From a virus (taxonomy: Duplodnaviria > Caudoviricetes): a DNA stretch of 37,036 nucleotides. A program made the translations under genes and the position numbers. Below, one piece after another: positions 25,644 to 35,700 of this stretch. The first letter of the stretch is position 1. The number at the start of each line of letters is the position of its first letter. The stretch lies in IMG/VR virus record IMGVR_UViG_3300005077_000056, positions 1 to 37,036 of that record; one strand, given 5' to 3'. Under the pieces are notes generated by a model, which was given only the letters and a program-made list of their open reading frames with translations, made no database searches and had not been told where the DNA came from.

Positions 25644-26072
25644 ATGGCAGACATCATCTACGACAAGTTCATTCAGCGGCTGCACCAGGGGGAGATCGAC
25701 CTTGAGGCCGACGTCATCAAAATCGCCCTGCTCAAGAACACCCACACGCCGGACCAGACCGACGACGACTTCGCCGATGTCAGCGCAGACGAGAACCCGG
25801 CCGGGTCGGGCTACACGGCGGGCGGCGAAACCCTGGCCAACGTGCTGGTCACCGAGGCCGGCGGCGGGGTGATCAAGATCGATGCCGACGACCCCGTGTG
25901 GGCTTCCCTCACGGCGACCAATCTTCGCTATGCGGTGATCTACGACGACACCCACGCCAGCGACGCCCTGATCTATCTGTTCGATTTCGGGGCAGACAAG
26001 AACCCGAATGCGGAGCCGTTCACAATTCAATTCGACAGCAACGGGATCTTCACCGCGGAGCAGGGCGCCTGA
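25644..26072 (+). CDS. Conserved tail-associated protein
   Basis: IDLEADVIKIALL...GYTAGG.TL...DADDPVW...YAVIYDDT...FDFG family pattern. Confidence 0.75.
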   Translation: MADIIYDKFIQRLHQGEIDLEADVIKIALLKNTHTPDQTDDDFADVSADENPAGSGYTAGGETLANVLVTEAGGGVIKIDADDPVWASLTATNLRYAVIYDDTHASDALIYLFDFGADKNPNAEPFTIQFDSNGIFTAEQGA

Positions 26073-27331
26073 TGGTCAGCAGCATCAAAAATGCGAGGGA
26101 CACCGCGGTCGGCCGGGAAAGCGGCAAACGCTTGTATGTGTCGCCCAAGGAATACCAGGACCAGATCCGCAGGGGCACCATCAAGGGATTCGACCAAGGT
26201 GCGCAGCCCTGGTCGGAGTTCGAGAAGCCCTACTGGGAAGACTCGTACGAGGAGATGGAATATTTCATGTGGAATTGGCCGGGATTCGCGCCGTGGCGCT
26301 GGAATTTCAACTTCGACAATCCCTCCATTCCGACCAATTTGCAGGGCAGCCTGGGGGGCACCGACTTTTTGGTTTGCGATTGTTTCACCCTTGGTGGATT
26401 CTGCCCCGGAGACACGCGGTGCATCGCCATGGATTGCACCTATCCGATTGTCGGGGTCCAGTTTTCGCAGCGATGGGCCGAGCGGGAATTCTCGGTCGAG
26501 ATCCAGAATGAACAGACTATCTGCATAACAGCCACCGAGGACGCCTCGCTGGGGGTCGAACTGGACATCTACATGCAGCTGCCGAGCGGAAACATCTGCG
26601 TCGAAGAGGACCTGTTGATCGGGACGGCGTCCGATTGCGAGGATTGCGACACCGCCGATCCAATGGAGGCCGGTCCCGACAATCCAACGGTGGTGGTCGA
26701 CGGCACCAATTACCGCATCGACGTCATCAATGGCGTCGGGCCGTTTACCTGGGTTGTGACGGCGCTCGACAGCGCCGATGTCAGCCTGCAATGGGCCATC
26801 GGGGACCGCCGCTACAATTACCTGAACGTGGTTGACGGGTGCGGATCGATCAGCGTCACGGTGACCGACAGCTGCGGCACGATCGTGGTGCTTTTTTTCT
26901 ATTCGGATGACGGAATCTGGCAGGAGTGCGAAGGATACCAAACGGGCGGCAACTGCTTCGATGATTCGCCGGTCGATTGCCCCCTTTTTTTTATTTTCGG
27001 TGGCTACCTGTTGGACGCTACTGAAGACAATGAACATCGATTCAGCTTCGGCGACCGGATTTGGCGATACAGGCGGCCGGTGACGGCGTCGTCTTGTAAT
27101 GATATCGGCCTGCCATATTGCTGCGAAGACACGAGTCCGGATTGCAGTCCCAATCCTCCCTGTTTTGGCATTTTCGATTTTTCAGCACCTTTTACTTGTT
27201 CGTTATACGGCTATCCGGATGTGGAAGCCCCCTGCTACAACCCGTGCGGAGGCAAGGGGGCGACGGGACGATGCGGGATCAGCCACCCGGCCGGAGATGG
27301 CATAAGCCTCGAATTCTACAGGTGCGATTGA
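26072..27331 (+). CDS. Cysteine-rich virion-module protein (419 aa, 24 Cys)
   Basis: TGATG coupling at both ends; Ig-like GVGPFTW...ISVTVTDSCG segment; Cys-dense C-terminus. Confidence 0.75.
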   Translation: MVSSIKNARDTAVGRESGKRLYVSPKEYQDQIRRGTIKGFDQGAQPWSEFEKPYWEDSYEEMEYFMWNWPGFAPWRWNFNFDNPSIPTNLQGSLGGTDFLVCDCFTLGGFCPGDTRCIAMDCTYPIVGVQFSQRWAEREFSVEIQNEQTICITATEDASLGVELDIYMQLPSGNICVEEDLLIGTASDCEDCDTADPMEAGPDNPTVVVDGTNYRIDVINGVGPFTWVVTALDSADVSLQWAIGDRRYNYLNVVDGCGSISVTVTDSCGTIVVLFFYSDDGIWQECEGYQTGGNCFDDSPVDCPLFFIFGGYLLDATEDNEHRFSFGDRIWRYRRPVTASSCNDIGLPYCCEDTSPDCSPNPPCFGIFDFSAPFTCSLYGYPDVEAPCYNPCGGKGATGRCGISHPAGDGISLEFYRCD

Positions 27332-27906
27332 TGGATGCGAAAAAGGAAAAGCCAGACCGCATTCCAACCGAGCTGGAGATCGAAACTTACGAGCAGCAGA
27401 TGCAGGCGTTTTCGTGGAGCTTTCAGCAGGATGTGGTCAGTTTTTTGCGCTCGCTGCACAACAAGGGGATTGACATCAACTGGGCGATCCGGTGCATCCT
27501 GGTGAAGCAAAAGACGATAATATACGACCGCAGGGACAGGGTGAAGGCGAGGACCGAGTGGGAACGCAACGCCCCCAAGTGCCCACAATGCGGCCAGACG
27601 ATGTATATTATGAGGGTAAACGACCGTCCCGCCACGATGGTGGGCGGCAAGTACCAATCGCAATGGCTGTGCCCGAACCAACCGGCGCAGGGCAGGGTGG
27701 CGAAATCCTGCGGTTACACCGAGTTCAGCAAGCGCAGCGTCGAGGAGTGGTTCAAGAAGCTGCGGATCGATATATCCACCGTCAAAAAGATGAGGCATCC
27801 TTATTTGCGAAATCCAGCCGTGGATTTCGTGGCGACGCTGTCGGATCCGGATGCCATGAATGAACTCAACCCGGAATTGAACAGCGGCGAAAACAAGGAG
27901 GAGTGA
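27331..27906 (+). CDS. Zinc-ribbon-containing protein
   Basis: ATG 27331 coupled start; CPQCG...WLCPN...SCGY. Confidence 0.7.
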   Translation: MDAKKEKPDRIPTELEIETYEQQMQAFSWSFQQDVVSFLRSLHNKGIDINWAIRCILVKQKTIIYDRRDRVKARTEWERNAPKCPQCGQTMYIMRVNDRPATMVGGKYQSQWLCPNQPAQGRVAKSCGYTEFSKRSVEEWFKKLRIDISTVKKMRHPYLRNPAVDFVATLSDPDAMNELNPELNSGENKEE

Positions 27907-27907
27907 G

Positions 27908-28432
27908 ATGCCGTTCGGAGCTGGTTACAAATACCCGTGGGAGACGCCGGCCCAGGCAAGAGCCAGGACCAAGGGAGAGACCACCACCGTCACGCCGGGA
28001 ACCACGACCGTGGAGGAAACCTGGTCACCCGTGGGCCAGGCGCCGACCAGGCCGACGATCCCGACGCTGGAGACTCCGGCGTTCGACGAGCGCGAGGTTT
28101 CGAAAATCGCCGCCAGGGAGGCCGCGCCGAGCATCCGGCGTTTGCGGGATGTCACCGCCAGGGCGATCGGGCAGAATTTGGAAAACCCGAACGTCCGCAG
28201 GATGACCGTGCGGGAGGCCCTGCAGGGATTCGGGTCCGGCCTGGGGTCCATTTTGAGCGGCGCTCAAAGAGCCGCGGTGCAACAGTACATGCCGAGGTAC
28301 GAGGCATCGGTGTCGGCGGCGCAAACGCAATTCGGAGCCAACGTGGAGTCTCTGGCGCAGGAATACAACAACCTGTGGAACCAGTTTCTGCGCTCCGGCA
28401 CCACCAAAAGAGTCACGACCAGCACCACATAG
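27908..28432 (+). CDS. Probable internal virion (ejection) protein
   Basis: AAGGAGGAG SD; Ala/Gly/Gln-rich helical sequence in the position of podovirus ejection genes. Confidence 0.6.
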   Translation: MPFGAGYKYPWETPAQARARTKGETTTVTPGTTTVEETWSPVGQAPTRPTIPTLETPAFDEREVSKIAAREAAPSIRRLRDVTARAIGQNLENPNVRRMTVREALQGFGSGLGSILSGAQRAAVQQYMPRYEASVSAAQTQFGANVESLAQEYNNLWNQFLRSGTTKRVTTSTT

Positions 28433-28441
28433 GAGGTCGCC

Positions 28442-29722
28442 ATGGCAACGGGTGAGCGCAAGACCCTCAAGGACATCTATTACCCGAGCGAATATGGATC
28501 GTGGGGGGAATTCGAGGAATACGACGAGGACCCCCTCGAGGCCGCCCGGCCCGGAGAGATGGACGTCCGTTTTTACCCAGGCACCGGAGAGCCCGCCGAG
28601 GAGGTCTGGAAGACCATCCCGCAGCGGCTGGAATCTTTCATCGAGCCCTCGGAGAGCTTCGTGCGGACGCCGGAGGGCAAGGTCACCAGGGACCTGGGCG
28701 AGAAGGGGGAGGTGGTCCACAAGGTCGACCCGGAGATACAGGCGCGGATGGACGAGCCCTGGCTGGCGCAGCTGGACGCGGACATCGCCACCGTCCGCAA
28801 CGTGGATCCCCAGGACCCGCGTTTGAGCGAGGAAACCCGCCGCCAGGTGAAGGAGGCTCAAGACAGAATCCAGGCAGTCGCCTCCGCGGCGCCCCGCAGC
28901 CGGCCGACGGGGATGGTCCAACTGCCGACCGAGGAGAATCGTGAAAACTTTGTGAATTTCGCGATACAGGAACGATTCGGGGGCGTCGACCCGCGCCTGC
29001 GCAACCCGATCGAAGAAGTCCGCAGCCTGGGCGAAGATTACTGGCGCGACGTTCACGAGCGGCAACGAAGAGCCGCGGGAGGCGGCGGCCTGCATTGGGA
29101 TGTCATGGACGACAAAGAGAAAGAAAAAACGCTGAAGTCGATGATGACGTTTGACATCGACACCAGGGAGATTGACATCAAAAACCAGGTGGCAATGCTG
29201 GAGTCAATGATCGGGCGATACGACACCGATACACAACGCGCAAAAGCCAAAATGGAGGAGTTCGTCCGGCGCGGTGAACAAGAATTCAAGGAGCAGATCA
29301 AGCGCACCCGCGAGGCGAAGGAATCGGCCCGCAAGGCAGTCCTCTCCCTGGGCTCCGACCTGACCAAGGCGCAGCAGGAATTGGCCGAGGCCAGGACCGA
29401 GCACCTGGGCGCAACCGATGACACCCGTCCCGAAATCGAACAGCGGATAAAGGACATCCAGACCAGGATCGAGGACATCCGCGGGCAGCTCGGGGAGGCC
29501 AGGGTGGAGGCCACCAAAACGGAATACCCGCAGCCGGAACAGGGCGCACCCAAGGAAAAGAAGCCGGCGCAGCAGGCGGGCAACCTTCCCACCCAACAGG
29601 AGATCCAGGCGCTGATCGACGAGCTGACGCAGCAATACGGCAAAAAACCTACCAGGTCCCAGTTGATAGCCGAGATGCGCAGCCGGGGGATGACGGTGGA
29701 TTACCAAAACCCCGAACCGTAA
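28442..29722 (+). CDS. Probable internal virion (ejection) protein, coiled coil
   Basis: GGAGG SD; charged helical 426 aa protein before the giant gene. Confidence 0.6.
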   Translation: MATGERKTLKDIYYPSEYGSWGEFEEYDEDPLEAARPGEMDVRFYPGTGEPAEEVWKTIPQRLESFIEPSESFVRTPEGKVTRDLGEKGEVVHKVDPEIQARMDEPWLAQLDADIATVRNVDPQDPRLSEETRRQVKEAQDRIQAVASAAPRSRPTGMVQLPTEENRENFVNFAIQERFGGVDPRLRNPIEEVRSLGEDYWRDVHERQRRAAGGGGLHWDVMDDKEKEKTLKSMMTFDIDTREIDIKNQVAMLESMIGRYDTDTQRAKAKMEEFVRRGEQEFKEQIKRTREAKESARKAVLSLGSDLTKAQQELAEARTEHLGATDDTRPEIEQRIKDIQTRIEDIRGQLGEARVEATKTEYPQPEQGAPKEKKPAQQAGNLPTQQEIQALIDELTQQYGKKPTRSQLIAEMRSRGMTVDYQNPEP

Positions 29723-29738
29723 ATTGGAGCATGGGAAA

Positions 29739-32700
29739 ATGCCCAATATTCTTGACTACTACGGATTCAAGTTCGAGGACGACGAGCCCGAGGTTCCGAG
29801 CGAACCACAAGCACCCGCCGCGCAACCCTCGCGGAACGTCCTGGACTACTACGGATTCCAGCTGGACGACCCCGACTTCGATCCGGAGGGCGGCGATTAC
29901 GACTACAAGTCGGCCAACCAATACGGCATCACGCCGGACGAGACCGGGCACTACCCCTCCCGCAACCCCGTGACCGGGCAGATACTCAAGGGACGCGCCC
30001 ATCCCACCTGGGCCCTGACCGAGCAGACCGAACTGGACTCCGGCTACGAGATCTTCCAGGGCGAGGACGGCAAGTACTACAGCCGAAAGAACGTGATGGC
30101 CGGCCCGAAATTCGAGCCGGCGACGGTCCTGGACCTCTACGGGTTCAAGTTCGAGGACGACCCCAACCGCCAGATGGTGCGCCGCAACCTGCCTGAAAAA
30201 CTGCTCCACATGGGCAAGCGGATCAATATGGCCCTGCCGCAGGTGGTCAGGGGACTCGCCGTGTATGAGCAGGCCCGTGCGATGCAGCACCGCAAGCTGA
30301 TGCTGGAGGAGGTGCTGGGCCCGAACGCCACCGAGGAGATGCGCGAGCGGGTGATGCGAGAATCCCAGCAGGATTACGAGCGGGCGAAACGGGTCGAGGC
30401 GACGGTTCCGGACATCCCCGAGAAAGCCTTCGAGGGGGGAGTCATGGGCGTCATCGAGGACGCCCTGGTCGGCCTGGCGCAATTCGCTCCGGTGATGGCG
30501 GTCACTCCGTTCTCGCCGGGCGCCAGCTATTTCATCACCACCGCGATGATTGCCGGGGACAAATACCGGGAACTGAAACAGGAGGGCAAATCCGACGACG
30601 TCGCCTGGAAAGCCAGCAACATGAGCGGCCTGCTCCAGGCCGGAGCGGAGGTGGCCGGCAATGCGGTACAGCTTTCGCAGCTGGGCAAAATTTTGAATGT
30701 AACCCTGAAGGAGCCCGGCAAGATCGTCGCCAAAAAGATGGCGGTGCCTCTCACGCGCAGGGTGGTGGACGGCATCTGGAAAAACGCCGCGACCGAGGGA
30801 ATAGAGGAGATCCAGCAAAAGATGCTCGATGTGATCCCCTCGGTGTGGGCGAACGATCCCAGCGTGCAGGACGACGTCGGCCGGTGGGCAGACGAGGTCC
30901 TCACCGCCTGGAAGGACCCGAAGTTCATCAAGGAAGCTCTTTACGAAGGACTCGTCGGAGCCGTCGGGGGCGCGATTCTGCCGGTGGGCGCCGGGATGGT
31001 ACAGCTCCCGTTCGAGAAAACCAGGGCCAAAAGGGGCGGGGACATCGCCGAGGCCGCCTTCGGAAAAGACGTCTCCGGCAAGCTCAACGATGCCGCCAAG
31101 GTGCTGGTCAACGAAGCGGCCCACGGCAGGATCGACAGGGACGGCGCCGAGCGCCTGGCGAACGAGCTGCAGGCCGCAGGCGCCGAGCAGAGCCCGATTC
31201 TGCAGGATCTGAATCGGTTGCTGGCCGGCGAGCCGATCGAGAACCTTCCGGTGCGGGCAGAGGAGATCGTCGGAGAAGAAGCCGCCGCGGCGCCGGCCGC
31301 CATCGGGGAAGAGGCCGCCATCTCGGTGGAAGGTCAGGGGGGCGAGATCGAGGGGGTCTCCGAAACCTTCGCCGGAATGCTCACCCCCGAGGACGCAGGG
31401 GCGATCGTCGAGGCCGAATCCACGCCCGAACGCCAGGGGATCCAGAGGATCGCCGCCGCCCTCGGCCTCAAGGTCACCTTCTACAAAGCCCCGACACAGT
31501 CCACGGCTGACAACGTGAACGGCTTCTACCACAAGGAACGCGGCCGGGTCTACATCAACGAGACCGCTGTCAACCCCGCCCTGGTGGTCCTGGGGCACGA
31601 GTCGTTCCACCGGCTGGAAAGAGAGGACCCGGAGCTTTTCAAGAGAGTGATCGACCTGACCCAGCAGACCGCCGCGAACTTCGACCAGTACGTCGAGGGC
31701 CTGAACAAGGACCGCCGGGCCGCCGGCCTGCGGGAGTTCGACATAACCAAAGAGGACGACCGCCGGCAGCTGGTGGCCGAGTTCGGCGCGGACATCGTCG
31801 GCCAGCAATTCGCCGACCCGAAGTTCTGGCGCCGGCTCAACAAGATCGACCCAACCATGGCCCAGCGCATCGCCCAGGTGGTCAGCGACATCATCGAGGC
31901 GCTCAAGCGGGTTTTCCGACGGCAGAACCTGGTGGCTCCCGCCGAACTGGAACGGGTCCAGGAGGAGATTGCGAAGGTCTACGGGGAACGCGTCGTGCGG
32001 GCCGAGAGACGCAGGGTCGAACGCCGCAAGAAAAAGGTCCCGGTTGCCGAGGAACGCCGCAAGGCCGAGCGCAGGATGCCGGAAACCAAGCAGGAAACCG
32101 AAACCCTGCTGGAGATGGAGGCCGAAGAGTTGGCCCGCCGGCTGGGTCATGCCAGGGCAGAGGGCGCCCCCACCGATGCGATATACGAGGACCACATCGA
32201 AACGCAGAAACAGCTCATCCGCGGCCTCGCCCAGGCCGCATTCGTGGATCCGCAGATGGGCATCAAAAGCAAAATCCCTTGGCTGCGGCTCAAAGCGCTG
32301 GAAAGCGAAATGCCGGTGGAACAGCGCAAGTGGAAGGTCTTCTTCGATCTGGACAATTTCAGCTGGTACAACGACGTCCTGGGGCATAACATCGGCGACA
32401 AAATCATAGAGGTCGTCGGAAAAGTGTTCCAGATGCACGCCGTTGATCCGTACCGCATCGGCGGCGAGGAGCTGGTGGATGTCCTCGACACCCGTGAACA
32501 AGCTGAAAGGGTGGCTAAAAAAATCAGAAACATCATCGAAAATCATCTCTACCTCCAAGCTAATATTCACGAATCTGTCACGACCAAGGATAATGTATTT
32601 TACAAGGGGGGGGACGTTTACATCTCCCACGGCATAGGAGTCAGCTATGGCATCGACCAAGACATCGACAACGCCGACAAAAAACTCCTCGCAGAAAAGA

Positions 32701-35700
32701 AAAGACGGGAAAAAGAGGGACTCCGCAGTCCCAAGGGTGCGATCCCTGTCCGAGTCCGTAAGCGACCTGCCCCTGCTGAAGCGGGCTTTAGACCTGAAAT
32801 CCTTCCGAGTAATTTGGGAGAAATAGCCAACCTCTCGGTCAAAAACGTCAAGCCCTGGCCGGAGGATTTTCCGCTGGTGCAGACCCTGACCTCGGTCGCC
32901 TGGATGAGGGCCCACCCCCTCTATCAGGACGCGAAAAACGGGGATGTCGGGGCAGCCCTGGAGATCGGCGAGGAGATCATCGGGCGCAAGCCGGACCTGG
33001 CCCGGCAACTCGCGGAGAGCTATCCCGAAGCCCTGCTGGTGCCCGTGGTGGCAGAGGAGGCGCAGGGACGGAATGCGATCCCTCTCGGAATGGCGTTCGC
33101 CCTCGAGCAGGCCACCGGACTGCCGATCCACGAGGGGATCGTCCAGGTCAACCTGACCGGGCACACCGGGGCGTCCGCGATCCATCGGTTCCTGTCGAGA
33201 GCCGTGTTCAGCGGCCCCGTCGAAACCGGTAGGGAATACGTCCTGGTGGACGATGCGGTCACGATGGGAGGCACCCTCTCCAGCCTGCGGCATTACATCG
33301 AAAACGAAGGCGGCATCGTGCGGGCGGTGGTCACCGCCGGCGCCGCCAAGGACAGCACGCAGCTGGCCCCGAGGGCCGCCACACTACAAAAACTGGAGGA
33401 AAAGCATGGCATCAAAACGACCGAAAAGATACTCCAACAGCTCGGCATCACCGGCAGGGCCCATGCTCTTACCGAGGGAGAAATCAACTGGATTCTATCC
33501 TTCGCCAATCTTGACAACCTCCGGAGTCGACTCGTTGAGGAAATTCGCGAGCGAGGCGCTCAAGCAGATGCGGAGCTTGCGGAAGCCGAAAGACAGCGAC
33601 TGAAAAGAAAGCGCAAAGCCGTCGTCCCTCTGCCGGCAAGGCCCGTTCCGGCGCCGGTCAAGGCCCCGTCCCTGGAGGCGATGGTGACCGACCGGATCGT
33701 GTCGGCGTACGCCCGCAACTATGCCGATGCTCCCGGATTCGTGCGGACGCTGCGCAGGGGCATAGGACAAAAGGCCTGGGAGAGCATGAGCCGGGAGGAG
33801 CAAATCGCCGAGGCCCGCCAGTACGTCGAGGCCGACATCGAGCAGGCCAAAAGAGAGATCGGCGACCGGAACCCGGTCGACTACCTGATGGACCGGGCGC
33901 TGGACCCCCTGGACCCGGCCAATGAGTTCTACGCCGAGATCCTGCGCCGGCAGGGAGCCAGGGTGGTCGCCGGCGAAGCCGTGGAGCTGTCGGAGGGCCT
34001 GCGGGACATGCTCGCCCTGACGGCCGAGCCGGTCGAACTGCTGGACGCCAGCACCGACGAGCGCTTCAAGGCGTGGGTGGCGCAGCAGGAAAAGACCAGG
34101 GACCCGGAGCGCCACCGCCGCATGGTCGAATCGTTCGGCCCGGACATCCTGCCGATCGGCCAGGCCGGCGATCCGGAGGTCGTCGCATCGGTCAAAGAGC
34201 GGGAATGGACGGTCGATTTCAATCAAACCGCATTCGGGATAGTGAACAATCGGATCAGCCGGGAGCTGGATGTGTTCGAGCAGCTGTTCGGCCCCAGCAA
34301 GCTGGTTCAGGAGTTCCCTGGAAAAGAAGTCGAAGGCAAAAGACCGTTGACCCGGTCGATCACGCCCTATCATTTACTGCAGGAGATATACCGGGTGATC
34401 GACGAGGGCCAGGTGCGGGAGATCCTCAACCGATCGATCGACCCCATGGAGCTGGCCAAATCCAGGGGGTTCAAGGGTGAGCAGGCCGCGAACTTCGTCA
34501 AAAAAGTGAAGATGATGCGCACGGGCAGTCTGTATATGCCGTCGGAGGAGAAGGGTGGGGAGCTGTTGTCGGAAAACGCCAAGGCCGGCGCCAGCGCCGA
34601 CTTTTTGCTGGCCACCTGTCATCCGACCGAGGAATGCGTGGTGTGCTACGCCGCAAGAACCATGATCCGGCAGACTCCTATCGAAAAAGCATTCCGCAAC
34701 ACTTTTCACATTCTTGTCGACCCGATCGGGTGGGCAGAACGGGTGGCCGCCGAGGTGTCCAGGGCCGGCGGCGTTGGTGTGCACAGCAAGGTCGCCCTGC
34801 CGTTCATCCGGCTGCAGGGATCGGGGGACCTCACCACGACCGAGCAGCTGGCCGCATACAACCATTTGGCGAAGCTGACCGACCGGCCGATCCAGATATT
34901 CAGCCGGCACCACGATATGCTGCGTCAGCTCAAGGGAACGCAGAACGCCCCGTTTTTGAAAATGGGCAGCGTCGACATGATGCTGTTCGAGCACCTGGGG
35001 ATCGACTACCTGATCGCGAACCAGCACAAGCACGGCATCGCCAACGCCTATCTCGTGTTCGATCCGACAACCGACAACCCCATCATCACCGAGCTGTCAA
35101 AAGCGAGGGCGCTCGGGCTGACGCTGTCGGTTCGCCCGAAATACCACGACATGATCGAGGACCTGGCTGCCCGCCAGCGGGGCTGCCCGTGCGACGCGCA
35201 GGAACGGGCCATGTATTCCAGCTGCCGGCAATGCGCGGGCTCCAATGCCGGGTGCTTCACCGCCTTCGCCGAAATGGTCACCACCAAGACCGGCCGGCTG
35301 GTGTACGCCAACGATCCCAAACGCCCGCGGGGCACAAAACCCGTTCTGCGGTTTTTGGCCGGAGTGCCGGAACGGGCCGGCTTCGACGCCGACACGCAGC
35401 TCTGGATGGAGACGGCGGTCAGGGTCATCCGGCAGGGCATAAAGCACGCCCAGCTGAACATCAGAAACTTCACCGGCCCGGTCATCCGGGACACGCAGGG
35501 ACCGAACATCGGGAAGATCAACCCGAAGAAGGTCAAAAAGTGGCAGGCGGCCTACAAGGCCGGCGAGCTTGCCGATCACATCATCGTGAAGGACGTCCGC
35601 TGGGAGAACAGTACTGAAAAGATCGACCCTATCGAGGACCTGAAAGACCTCGACAGCTACGACAAGCGGATCAATAGCTCGGCGGTCAAGATGGCCAGGG

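Noticed and set aside
26408-26417. GGAGACACGC copy inside the Cys-rich gene
   Set aside because: Not followed by CATG and not at a gene start; a single 10-mer could be chance. It slightly weakens the specificity of the repeat motif.
21668-27331. Diversity-generating retroelement or invertible tail-fibre cassette
   Set aside because: No reverse transcriptase, invertase, or adenine-variant template/variable repeat pair seen in the window.
27470-29180. TTGACA hexamers at 27470 and near 29150-29178
   Set aside because: Inside coding sequence (IDI/FDI codons) without properly spaced -10 boxes.
28442-31400. Tape measure protein interpretation for the long helical proteins
   Set aside because: No tail tube or assembly chaperone genes, and the order adaptor, nozzle, fibres, internal proteins fits podovirus ejection proteins.
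29649-33293. 1214-aa minus-strand ORF, and similar long antisense ORFs (10235..12574, 12565..13890, 22475..24190, 23911..25494, 2235..3293)
   Set aside because: Shadows of GC-rich + strand genes: rare TTA/CTA/TCA sense codons give few antisense stops. No motifs or SD.
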